Below are positions 1 to 11,589 of a DNA stretch of 64,000 bases, piece after piece. The stretch is from the NCBI RefSeq assembly GCF_006345805.1, contig NC_043008.1, positions 73,780,001 through 73,844,000 of the forward strand. Direction: 5' to 3'. A program made the position numbers and the translations under genes. The notes under the pieces were generated by a model. The model was not told the origin of the DNA. It did no database searches and saw only the letters and a program-made list of their open reading frames with translations. The stretch is from Octopus sinensis. Lineage: Eukaryota. Position 1 is the first letter of the stretch; every line of letters starts with the position of its first letter.

Positions 1-1770
1 TAGGATTACCGACTCTTGAGCATCCCACATAAAGTTGGCTATGAGAGAAAACTGGTTCCGCAAGTTTCAGACATATCACGCTCAAGGACTGTCCCTGGAC
101 CTTGTTAATACTCATTGCAAACATAAGTTTCAATGGGAATATTAAGCGATTGTACTGGAAAGGTATATCCAAGAGAGTAAGTGGAATTCTAGGAATGAAT
201 AGAGGCTCATCTCTTGCTTTACCAGTCAAAATCCTTGTTCCAAAACTGTTGGCACCATCTTCTTTATTATAAACCCCGTACCATTGCAAAGCTTTGGTGG
301 ATCGAGGTTTCAAAGCAGCATAACTGGTGCCCCAACCTTGAGGTGCATGTTGTGAGATGGGAAGCCAGGTGGTGTTTGACTATTAAAGAATTCAGCTGGA
401 TAATTCACAGCTTCATCGATGTTGAGTACAGAGTCAATGGAATTGTTGATGTGACGCTCACCTGGCGACTGTTCCAGAAGTTTAAATTTCAAATCATCAA
501 CTTCCACATTTTGGGGGCTAAAATGACACGGGTTTTCAGCCAGTTGTGGTATGTAAACTGGTTCCTCGGGTTAGGAAACACCTTTCTTTAAATGAGATAC
601 CATATGTCCAAAAGCTTACCCGGCCATATTTCTCTCCAACAGAAATGCCATTACCGACGTCCAACTGTTGCTTTGAAAATGTTCTGTCGGTATCATCACC
701 ACTGTGCTGTACTCTCATGTTGGTCGTGGGCGTTAGCTTATACACACTGCTCCTTAGGTAGGACAACATTATGCTGGCATTTACTTCATCAGCTCATGTC
801 CCCTTTGGAATCACTGGAACTCATGCAAGCAGAACTGTGGCAACTCTCATGAGCCTGATGTTGTGACTGATTTTGTAGTTTGTCTTCTCTTTCTTAGACA
901 TGTCCAAAGAGAGTTTGAGACAGGAATGAGCTGTGCGACCACAACTTAATAATACAGTTGCAAACACCCAGTTGGTCCTCCATCAGTTTGTATTCTTTAT
1001 CAGCTATCTACGCCATCATTTCCTCTATGTCATAGCTGATTTCTCGCAGGTACTGCGAAATTGTTTGCTGCCTGCTCCGGTTAAGGCAGATCAAATATGG
1101 AATTGCCTTTACCTCCCATATCGGGTGTCCAAGTCAAGTAATACCTCATTGTAAATGGCGTTATTAAACGTGGGAATTTCCGCTGAGGTTTGCCTTTGAA
1201 TCTTTCCTAGATGTCCTTTGCCATGCTGGTTTTGTGGATCGGCCAAAGCTTGTAAGGTTCACACAAGCCACATATTATCAACATGATAGAAAATAGCTAG
1301 CGTAGTTGACTTAGTGCTGTGCTGACTACTTCCCCCTCCACTGTCTGGTCCCAGTGAGCATCCTCGTCCTCCAGTAGTCCATGTTTGGCGCAGGCTTCTC
1401 TATAGATCGTGCAGACTTCCCATTGTGTCTTCGAAAGTCGGTGAATGATGTAGGACCTCTACATTGTGGAACAGTAGATGCAGAAAAAAGCACTCCTGCT
1501 GATTAGGGTGCACAGTGTACACCCGCCCGATGGCCCCACTTCTAAATACAGTATCTTCTTCCCATCCCTCAGTGCGTGTTCCTTTCTTGTGTCTGTTCCA
1601 TCTTTTGTGCGCTCGGGTATAGTACACGGGAACCTCAACATACAACAGTGTTCGGGCAAACAGATCACATTGGAATAATTTGAAGAAAGCTGTCAAAGTG
1701 GTTTCTCATGGATTCAGAACTACGTTTCGAGCAGTGTCGTCTGTGAAATATACACGCTGGGCATTTTCAA
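1..1770 (-). mobile_element. Helitron RepHel fossil (Rep region plus PIF1 helicase), frameshifted and internally deleted; continues past the left edge
   Basis: Minus-strand translations give HLENAQRVYFT, TAFFKLFQCDLFARTLLYVEVP, GRVYTVHPNQQECFFL, GLLEDEDAHW, GRTAHSCLKL, NMRV, YPAEFFNSQTPPGFPSHNMHLKVGAPVMLL and FAMSINKVQGQSL..VFSHSQLYVGCSRVG, all typical Helitron/PIF1 motifs in the correct order. Confidence 0.92.
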
Positions 1771-2089
1771 GATGTACAGATAGAATTTAAGAAGCTGTTC
1801 CTACATTTAAACAGGTCGTGACCTTTGTGTTGACAGTGCATTTGTCTAAAATCAGAACTGTTCTTCCTGCAGCTCTTGTCAATTGGCTGAAGTGACATGA
1901 AAGACATCGTCATTCATGGTATATTCGTGGTATACATGGTATATTCGCGAATAAGTCATTAACCGAAATAAGTGGGTCTATTGCTTAGGAAAATACTATT
2001 TACTTGTTTAAGGGTTGTACTGGATAAATTGCGAAAATAACTGTAATAGTTCAAATACTAAGAAATCAATTTGATTTATACCAAATAAT

Positions 2090-2336
2090 GTAGGAAAATA
2101 GATGGGTTATTTCCCTTGGCTGTTAAATAAAATATATTAGGTGTATATAAGAAACCCTTCCAGGGGCCCTATTTTCGACTTTTTCAACAAACTGAGTATG
2201 CCATGAAGTATCCAGACATGAGTTCTACTCACGTGTCAAGTTTCATCAAAATCGATAAAATGATGTAGGAGGAGTTTGCTAACGACTTCGCAAACAAACA
2301 CACCCAGAGACACAATTTCCCACATATGTAGTAGAT
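2090..2336 (+). mobile_element. Probable non-autonomous Helitron/Helentron-type 3' terminal fragment
   Basis: aagtttcatcaaaatcg...acacaatttc...tatgtagtagat ending resembles recalled non-autonomous Helitron/Helentron termini; recall only. Confidence 0.35.
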
Positions 2337-4214
2337 AAAAACTATTTTGACATACATATATAAAGACTGTACAGAGAAAACCGTATTCACATAATTGAAG
2401 TCCCTGATAAATTAATAGTATACATTCAGCAGATTGTGGAGGATGTTGACAATTTCAAATAGATGAGCAGCCTGGTCAGCTATGTTGAAAGCATTGAAAA
2501 TAATGTGAACAGGTAGAACTATAAACCAGCGTACATGCCAAATCTGGACTACTGTAATCATCGAGTCTGCAATAAAGAGTCAACCTTCTAGAGTAATAAT
2601 TTTGCCAATAATTCTATGAAGCCAGCAAGAAGAACATGACAGCAGGGGAAGTTTTCATGCAAGACACACTCCATCAGCGTTTGCTAAGGAAGATTGCCCC
2701 AAACTCCTGGAGAGAGAAAATATAACAATTTTTTTACGAAGTCAATCCATCGTGGAGCTGCGTCTGTTTCCCCAAGTACGTGGCATTTTGTGACTTCTTG
2801 CTACACAGCAAACAACAGTTTCAATGAGTATATCAGAAGTAGAAAACGAGATAAAAAGGACCACTTCAAGAATGTTGTGCAGTCGAACATTCGGGAAAGA
2901 TATCAACCACACAGACGTTTTAATAGGGGCAGAAAGAACTGCAAGAGGACGAGAACCTTGACAATAGCCACTTTATGTATCTCACGATGTGGGAAGACTT
3001 CTTTTGTATATGCCATTATATGTGATGTGCGCGTGCACGCGTATGAAACTCCGTCGTTTTCGTGAACAAATATTCAGTCGATATTATTGCTTAATATTAA
3101 GAATAAAATACGTGTGGCGCTGCAGTAAAACAATTTTACTGCACGATTTTCATCAATATAATGTTTCCATAGCATAAAGGCTATTAAGCTACAGCATCAA
3201 ATGAATCCTTGCCGTCGAAATTGACGGAGATCCACACACACATACATTACTCAGAGATAGCATTACTAACATTTATACAGCAAAATCTCAGTTACAAAGA
3301 AAAGAAGTAACGGAATATATGTATGGTTCTCAAAATACACGCAAATGATGTGTGAAATTGTTGTTGTTGTTAGTGGTGGTGGTGGTGTATGTATTTGTGT
3401 TTGGGAGAGAGGGAGGGAGAGAGAGAGAAAGCGAATTGTTTGCGTGTGCGTCTTCCACTTCGTCTCTTTCCTCTACACACTGGTTTTCTCTACATCTATC
3501 TCCCTATCCAATCTGTCTGTCTATCTCTTTGATTTTGTGTGGCACGATGTTGGCACATTTATCAGAGTTAGGAAACCGCTATGGCCTCATCAGTTGTAAT
3601 GTCGTGACGTTAAAACACGAGATGGCAAGTAAAGAAGTATAAAGGAGAGTGAGAGAGAGTGAGAGAAGGGGGAAATGAAAGACAGAGAGAGCGCAAGAAC
3701 AGAGAGGGCGAGAGAGAGAGTAAGATGAAAAATAAAATAAGTGCAATATAAAGAAAACATATCGAAAAGAAAATGAGAGAATAAACACGAAAGTTAATCA
3801 ATGCTGTTTTCAGAAAGCTGATAATACAAAAGATATTGAAGTTAAGGTCCGGCAAGTGGTAGACTAAGTAAAAAAAAGATGTCTAGCAAATGTAGTCTAG
3901 GTGTCTTGAAATCTGATGTTAGTTGAATAAAAATAAATAGGTAGTTATAACAATTGTGGACATGAATTCTATAGAGAATGGATCAACTTTTGTTCATACA
4001 CTAATGGGTATATTTACTGAAGGTGACGAGAAGAAGACAGTGGAGATTATAAATATTTTCCATAAACGTGAGTTACAATAAAACTATCTTTCTCTCATCC
4101 TTATTTACTCTGTAAACTCACCATTCCCATATTATATACATTTCTATTAATACATAGTTATACATTTACGAACATACAATCGTGCATAAGATTGTGTAGG
4201 TGTGTGCTTGTGCG

Positions 4215-4273
<59 letters not shown>
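4215..4273. repeat. (TA)n microsatellite; one of many (others at about 10550-10690, 10850-10915, 11515-11565, 20575-20755, 24210-24330, 34415-34565, 36540-36595, 45085-45270, 52910-53070, 55515-55590, 61010-61085)
   Basis: Directly visible dinucleotide runs; they generate the YIYI ORFs. Confidence 0.98.
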
Positions 4274-4281
<8 letters not shown>

Positions 4282-4439
4282 CTTAGCCATCTCTCATAAG
4301 TTTGTACCACGCTTTCACAAATTGTTTTATAGGCGCCTATGTAGCTGAACCACCACTAGGTTGATACACAGAAGTAGACCAGTGCAACATAAATTAAACT
4401 ACCTAGTTCAAACACATACAAAATCTCTATTTCTCTCTT

Positions 4440-4485
<46 letters not shown>

Positions 4486-4612
4486 CATATATATGTATAT
4501 ATATACATATACTATATATATATATATACAGTATATATATACATATATATATATACAGTACATATAATATATACATGTATATATACATATACAGTATATA
4601 TATATATATATA

Positions 4613-4855
4613 ATAAATATTAGGGAATAAATCCAAATTTACAGGGAAAAAATCAGATTTAGGATTAAATCGATTTTATAGTAAAATATTATAAAATATT
4701 ATTAGAGACAAAACCACTATTTTGCAAAACAAACAAGGAAAGACTTAATCAATACATAAAATTTTAATAAATAGTCAAAAAAACCGCCACTACAATCGTT
4801 TCTTGTCTTGATCGACAATCTTCAGGTGGATTTCCAATAATTCAGTGTCAAATTA
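4613..4855 (-). mobile_element. Short non-coding PLE terminal-repeat (pLTR)-like element carrying a hammerhead motif
   Basis: Reverse complement of 4690-4855 matches 5041-5205 with about 2 differences; adjoins TA/CT microsatellite; contains an HHR fold. Confidence 0.7.
4787..4829 (-). ncRNA. Minimal type I hammerhead ribozyme (minus strand)
   Basis: Reverse complement reads CCAC-CTGAAGA-TTGTC-gatcaa-GACAA-GAAA-C-gatt-GTA-GTGG: helix I CCAC/GTGG, core CUGAAGA and GAAA, 5-bp helix II, GUA cleavage triplet. Confidence 0.8.
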
Positions 4856-4865
4856 TTTCTCTCTT

Positions 4866-4899
<34 letters not shown>

Positions 4900-5040
4900 C
4901 ATATATATATACATATATATGTATATATATACATATACTATATATATATATATACAGTATATATATACATATATATATATACAGTACATATAATATATAC
5001 ATGTATATATACATATAATATATACATGTATATATACATA

Positions 5041-5205
5041 TAAATTTGACACTGAATTATTGGAAGTCCACCTGAAGATTGTCGATCAAGACAAGAAACG
5101 ATTGTAGTGGCGGTTTTTTTGACTATTTATTAAAATTTTATGTATTGATTAAGTCTTTCCTTGTTTGTTTTGCAAAATAGTGGTTTTGTCTCTAATAATA
5201 TTTTA
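5041..5205 (+). mobile_element. Second pLTR-like copy, inverted relative to 4613-4855
   Basis: Near-identical inverted copy flanked by TA microsatellite on both sides. Confidence 0.7.
5068..5110 (+). ncRNA. Minimal type I hammerhead ribozyme
   Basis: CCAC(5068-71) CTGAAGA(5072-78) TTGTC(5079-83) gatcaa GACAA(5090-94) GAAAC(5095-99) gatt GTA(5104-06) GTGG(5107-10); quasi-palindromic helix III ACGATTGT as in dimerising PLE HHRs. Confidence 0.8.
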
Positions 5206-6187
5206 TATATATATATATAATATATATATTATATATATATATATATATATACTGTATATATATGTAAATATATATATATATATATAAATACACACGTATG
5301 CATAAATAGATAGGTACATAGATAGAGACAGATGGATAGATAAACAGCCAGATAAACAGACACACAGACATACATGCACAACTCTTACATACTCTACACA
5401 CACACTCACACACTTTAATCATCAGTTCTTATTACAAATCTTGTATTAGCACTCCTGGTTCGCCAGCAACCTTACCAACTTTATATAATAAACTTGAAAA
5501 TTTCAGAAGTTCATCATCACGTCGAAAGAGGTACCCCAAATTTTCTGTGATAAATAAATGAATATAGTTATACAAAAAAACTTGTTATTTTAGTATATAG
5601 ATAAATACATAAATGCAGACACAAAAGTTTTTCAGAATTGAATACATTCATTAAAACAAATCCAGAAACGGAGCACTAGTAATCATCAGGAAATATCTTC
5701 CTTCAAGCCTCCTTTACAGATGATACCTTCTGGAATACAACGACTAGGTTGGTTGAACGTGCTTAACTAAGAGCCATATCCGATAACGTTCCCCTGTTTG
5801 GGAGCTGCAACACATGAACAAAATTTTGCACAACGTTTAATTTTGAGTACGTGTTTGCGTTTATGTCCTGTAATCGACAAAATAACTAAGGGAGTTGATA
5901 TGAGTGGGTACCCTAGTATTGCCTCAATGTAATGATTGGAAACCGTAAAATAAAAGAATGTTTTAGTTGTTACATACACAATTTTTTATTATGTATATAT
6001 TTTTTATTCATGTATGCAGTTATTTTAAACTCTTAAACTCTATTACTTTCAGTTTATGCACCGTAAGTTTTAGTGTATTTAATACGGTAATGAACCGCAG
6101 AAATGTCTAAGAAAAATGAGCAAATTTGCATTTTAGTAACTTAAGTTTAGACATCAAGACAGAAAGGGAAGAGGAAAAAATATGAAT

Positions 6188-6611
6188 ACTCTTTTACTCT
6201 TTTACTTGTTTCTGTCATTTGACTGTGCCCATGCTGGAGCACCGCCTTTAGTTGAGCAAATCGACCCCAGGATTTATTCTTTGTGAGCCTAGTACTTATT
6301 CTATCGGTCTCTTTTGCCGAAACGCTAAGTTACAGGGACATAAACACACTAGCATCGATTGTCAAGCGATGTTGGGGGAACAATACAGACACACAAACAT
6401 GTATAAACACTTACATATATATATATATATATATATACACAGATTCGACGGGCTTCTTTCAGTTTCCGTTTACCAAATCCACTCACAAGGATTTGATTGG
6501 CCCGATCCTATTGTAGAAGACACTTGTCCAAGATGCCACGCAGTGGGACTGAACCCGGAACCTTGAGTTTCATAAGCAAACTACTTACAATACAGCCACT
6601 TCTACGCCTAT
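6188..6611 (-). mobile_element. Full-length octopus-type tRNA-derived SINE (family A)
   Basis: Reverse complement: head aggcgtagaagtggctgtattgtaagtag..ccgggttcagtcccactgcgtggc, internal (TA)/(TG) tract, tail aaaggcggtgctccagcatgggcacagtcaaatgacagaaacaagtaaaagagtaaaagag; related copies elsewhere in the window. Confidence 0.85.
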
Positions 6612-7889
6612 TAATGATATTTATTTATCTGAAATATCTAGCCAAAACATGGAGGAAAATATGTAGAAAAGAAAATCAATAAAATTAGAAAACTTTAAAT
6701 AAGTTACTACCTTAAAAATTTAGTCTTATCGTGATATTCCTATGACAAACAGCCAATGCAACATGTATCAGGCAATTAAAGTTGTTATTTACTGCTAGCA
6801 GAAGTCGCATGGGTTTCCATCTTGGCTCAGATATATGGATCATCTTTATGCCTCCAGTAATTCCCTTAGTTGTATTTCTACAACAGAGGACATCGTAACA
6901 AGCGGTTAGAAAATTGGACAACCATCATTGACCACATTGACCACATTGACCTCATCAACTATGGATGGATATAAATGAGAGGTGATACTGGGCTTCATCA
7001 TCTGCAAGTCATCAGACCTGAATAGGAAACTAACAGTCCTTGTATTACTTTCTTTTATTCTTCCAGCTTGTAGGTTTTTAATTTAGGACCAGGAAATATT
7101 TTTACTCTATTTATGAGATAGGAAGGTGACTCAAACTTCACAATACGCCTCTTTCAAAAGCTTTTATTTTTCTCTGGAAGCAGATAACTATCTAAGATCA
7201 AAAATAATCTTATCCTCCCGAGTGGAGTGCCAAGTTGAGAGTTTGTCGTGATTCATTATAGCACTAAAGAACATCACATCTTGCATCCTTTCATTATTTT
7301 CCACTTGGGGATAGGATCATTTGTCTCGCTTAAGAAAAGAAATAATACACTGAACTACAAAAAAAAAAGAAAATACGATCTTTTAAAAAGTCATTTTTAT
7401 ATGGTAAACTCTGAAAATTTACTTCGGAGATGTAAGTGTATGGCAGTTTTGAATATCCACGGAGGGCATACACGTTATTGAACAGGTCACGCCCTACAAT
7501 TTCGATGTGCCTGATTCGCCCACCACCAGAACACATGACAACGATCCATATACTGTGGTCAAAATGTTTCCAAGAAATTGACTTCATGATATTTATCAAA
7601 ACTTATCTCTGACATAGTGAAAATAAAACACATTTGACTGTCACACACGTCTCGCGGTTTTTTTTTTTTTTTGTTGCGGTTCAGAATATGTTGTAACAGA
7701 GAACCATTACTACTCAAGATGGTTCATAGCCATCTCCCAATGCATGAAATAATACATCATTGTATTTATCTTCAAGTTCTAGTTATTCATTAATATTCTT
7801 GAACTGTCGGTGGGAACTTCCTATTTAACCGTATGAAACTCACAGTTTCAAGGTTAGATTTAATAAGGTCTCCAAACTTAGAGAATTTT

Positions 7890-8530
7890 TTTACCAGGTG
7901 ATCTTGACTAATAGTAAATTAAACTGGGAGACGTTTTGGATAGCTGGGTTGCTTTTCATAGGTGCAATTAAGCCTACTTTTCCCTCACCTTTGCAGAAGC
8001 TTCATCGGTTGTACACCCTAACAGGCGAACAACAGCATTTGCTAAGGCTTCTCTCAAGCGCATTTTTATATCGACACCACAAGTTGTTTCTTTTAATTCC
8101 GCCAATTCCAATGTGTCTTCTTTCAGTTTTCTGAGAAGTAGTGTAATGAATAAACGCTGTGGGTTATCTAGTATGTCAGTGTGATTCGTCAATCAATAAA
8201 CTGAATGCAATGATTTTTTAAAATGACTTTGCTGTTTGCTTGTTACATTAGCACAGACCTGAGAAACAGGTCTCTCTGTAGTGTAGCGTGAAACTGGTGT
8301 TTGGAGACTTAGTCTCTGAAGTGTTTATATTATTTGGACATAACCCTGCAGAAACATTAACTATAACCCTAACAAATTCACAATCAGAATGCGGGCCTTT
8401 AGCAAAAGCGATATTCCATAATATAACATATCTGGCTTCAGTAGTTGCATCAGCATCCTTGCTCACCTGTGTCAACAGTGTATGTTGGCTATTTAGCGAT
8501 GATTTTAACCTAGTTAACATGATTTTCCTT
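7890..8530 (-). mobile_element. hAT transposase fossil (SPIN/GTF2IRD2-like clade)
   Basis: LKSSLNSQHTLL..ATTEARYVILWNIAFAKGPHSDCEFV and TDILDNPQ..LAELKETTCGVDI..TTDEASA resemble hAT motifs IAKAKKPFSDGEFVK, DESTDITD, LKETTRGxDI and TTDGAPAM. Confidence 0.72.
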
Positions 8531-9591
8531 AATTCTAATTTAGGTAGATAATCAAGCGTAAAATGTTCATGGTTTGTTTATAGTAGCGTTTCAAGATGCT
8601 AGCTTTGTAATGACTAAGTGACATATGGCAGATAAGACTCAAAGGTTCTTTTGTAACACTTACTGGCCATAAATTTATTTAACCCCTCGGCTTCCCACCT
8701 TTCCTACCCTCAGCATTAAAGAACAATGCTCCGCTCAGATCTAGCATTACCGTTTAGAAATGTTGCTCATTATTTTAGGTGATGTGTGTTTCATTATGAA
8801 GCAAAACAATATAAATTATTGAGTTAATAAAGGATAGCAACATTATTTTAAGCAGATGACAGCGAATATTACTGAAGAACAATTGTGACAAGTAGTGAAA
8901 GATAAAAATTTTCCCATTTATTGTCAATTTCAAGTGTGTGTAACTCAATGTTGCGTGTTTTGCAAAGAGATTTGAAAATAACATTATACATGCAAACGAC
9001 ACATCTCTATAGTCTTATATGTATCTACCTGATTACAGCTTCAATGGGAAACATGGTAAGTCGGAGAGTGTAAAACAACTAAAACAAAAGTAGAGAAATT
9101 TAAAAATTCATTACAATTATATATTTGATTTATTTGAAACTGTCGGGAATGTCGTTCCCCTTTCCTGAAACTGAAGAAAAGCGGTTGGACTGCATTACAC
9201 AGCTGATCAATGAATAAATATAAAGCTTGAAGTTTTTTTTATTTAACTTTCAACTTTTATATTCAGGGTGATGAAATATATAAAATAAGAACTCAGCCAA
9301 CGTATCTTCAATGTCAATTAGGTGCATGTCAATAGTCAAAGACACAATAGTCAATAGTCAAATAGTCAATAGTCATGCTGGTCGCCTGCTGCAGTTTGGC
9401 GACCCCAGGGATATGTTTTTGAATGCGCAATCATTTTCCATTATTTATCAAACTAAATACTTATATAATGTTTCCAGACAACGTTTTGTTACAGTGGTAG
9501 ACATGATTACACAGAAGTCATGCTATATTCTATAACTACTTTTCAGATCTATAATTAAACTGTTCAGGTCTTGATATTTTATGTAGCAATG

Positions 9592-10050
9592 AGGCAGTGA
9601 GCTGGTATAAACGTTAGCAGGCCGTGCAATTTGCTCACCGACATTTCGTCCGTCTTAATATCCTGTGTTCAAATTCCACCGAGGTCGATTTTGCCTTTCA
9701 TCCCTTTAAATGGAAAAAACAAAGATGGATAAATGACATATGAGCCTGGGGTAGATTTCATCGACTAAATACGTCATCAGAAATTCCTGGATTTTTACCA
9801 AAATTTTTAATCAATATCTTACGTTGTAAAGAATGAGTCGGCGAGAATCGTTAGTTCTCCAGAGAAAATGCTTGACTGCGTTTCGTCCGTCTCTACATTT
9901 TTGGTTCGAATGCAAACGGAGGTCGACTTTGTCTTTCATCTTTTCGGGGTTGATAAAATAAGTACAAGATGAGCACTGGTGTCGATCTAATCGACTTATA
10001 CCATGCCCCGAAGCTGCTGGCCTTGTGCCAAACTTTGAAACCAATATTTT
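9592..10050 (+). mobile_element. Two adjacent decayed copies of tRNA-derived SINE family B (about 9592-9810 and 9835-10050)
   Basis: Both contain gagctgg/ggcgagaatcgttag..atttcgtccgtct..ttcaaattcc..gaggtcgactttg(c/t)ctttcatc..gtcgat.taatcgact. Confidence 0.8.
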
Positions 10051-10557
10051 ATGGTTTAACATTTTAAACAATCTTCTATATAACGATATATATGTGACTC
10101 CAGCCTTACCTCACCTTTACCTACTCTAAGATCCCTTTCGCTTTCTCCCTAACTTTATTATATATTCAATATCTTTGTCAATAGGTTCTCATTGAAATTC
10201 TATAGATCAACACATGGAACTATAATAAAATGCAATCCTGAATTTCTATAGTTTCATTTATACATAGCACATACATATGAGCGAGGGGGTGCATGCATAT
10301 ATGCTTATACGAGCTATGATACTAACCTTGTTTACGCAAATATAATCTGAAATACTCTGCAAATAATCTCAATGTTAGGTATTGCGCAGTTCCAAGGAAA
10401 ATATTCCGTATTGTACATTCATATATTTAATTTAAATAAAAGGGATTTCGTTAATTCAACAACTAAATTGATACTTTATCATTTCATTGACTTCAACGAT
10501 ATTCTTGGGCATACATCTATTATATATATATTATATATAGTAGTAACAGGCATGTAT

Positions 10558-10644
<87 letters not shown>

Positions 10645-10659
10645 GTAGTAACAGGCATC

Positions 10660-10696
<37 letters not shown>

Positions 10697-10855
10697 CAAC
10701 AATTGAGGGTAAAATTAATTAATTATTAATCAATTTCACCAAGTATTCAGTATGCAAAGGGACCATTTAAGGCGAATTCAAATTATTACATTATATAAAA
10801 GGGCTTAGTAAAATAAATATGCGGCAAAGTAATTTATTTTACTAAGCCCTTTATA

Positions 10856-10914
<59 letters not shown>

Positions 10915-10919
10915 ATTCA

Positions 10920-11420
10920 ATAATATGTTACATTACTCGATAGTCAAGATAAAACTCTGAGTTTCAGATGCCGAAGTGGGAATCCACGACATCTCTTCGG
11001 TTATCTGGCTATTTGAAAACACTATGAAAAAATACCGTTATACAAAGGGAAATTACTGTGTTATAACTCTGCTTGCCTGCGTACTTATACATCGCTTGCA
11101 TTTTTCGCCATAAAAATTATATAAAAATACATAAAAAATGTATAAAAAATATATAAAAATATATAAAATCTTCTTGGGACATAACAAAGAAAGCATGTTC
11201 TATCTGTTTTCTTTAGGGGACCAAAAACGTAACAGAAATTTAGTCACATTTGGGCATGATCCGAAAAGTTCTGTCTTTGTGTTTAGACATGTAGTAGGGT
11301 CTAAGCTGCTTTTCCAGATAAGCCATCTCTCCATGTCGCATAGACCGCACCTTCCGCTGCCGTTGGTATAGGGCTTACATCTGGCCGAAATCTTCCAATG
11401 TATGTTATAATCGACACCTT
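10920..11420 (-). mobile_element. PLE 3' remnant: GIY-YIG C-terminus plus terminal repeat
   Basis: Minus frame SARCKPYTNGSGRCGLCDMERWLIWKSSLDPTTCLNTKTE matches the PLE C-terminal pattern PY..G..RCxLCxxEK..LNxRSE; HHR fold downstream. Confidence 0.72.
10941..11011 (-). ncRNA. Hammerhead-like fold with variant core CCGAAGA
   Basis: Reverse complement: tagccAGATAA-CCGAAGA-GATGTCG-tggattcccactt-CGGCATC-t-GAAACT-cag-AGTT-TTATCTtgacta; helices I, II and III all pair. Confidence 0.6.
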
Positions 11421-11516
11421 TGTCTCTTAAAGACCAAATATGATTAGATAATTGTGTCGCATTTCTTTTGTTCCAGGTCTCTTTCTTTCTTTTGTTATCT
11501 TACCGTTTTACCAATA

Positions 11517-11565
<49 letters not shown>

Positions 11566-11589
11566 AACATACATATATTAAAAACCATC

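Noticed and set aside
1718-1745. CTGCTCGAAACGTA HHR-like string on the minus strand
   Set aside because: Lies within Helitron coding sequence and lacks CUGANGA
2430-3065. 123-aa ORF and neighbouring purine-rich frames
   Set aside because: No recognisable motif; possibly an old TE remnant, cannot be assigned
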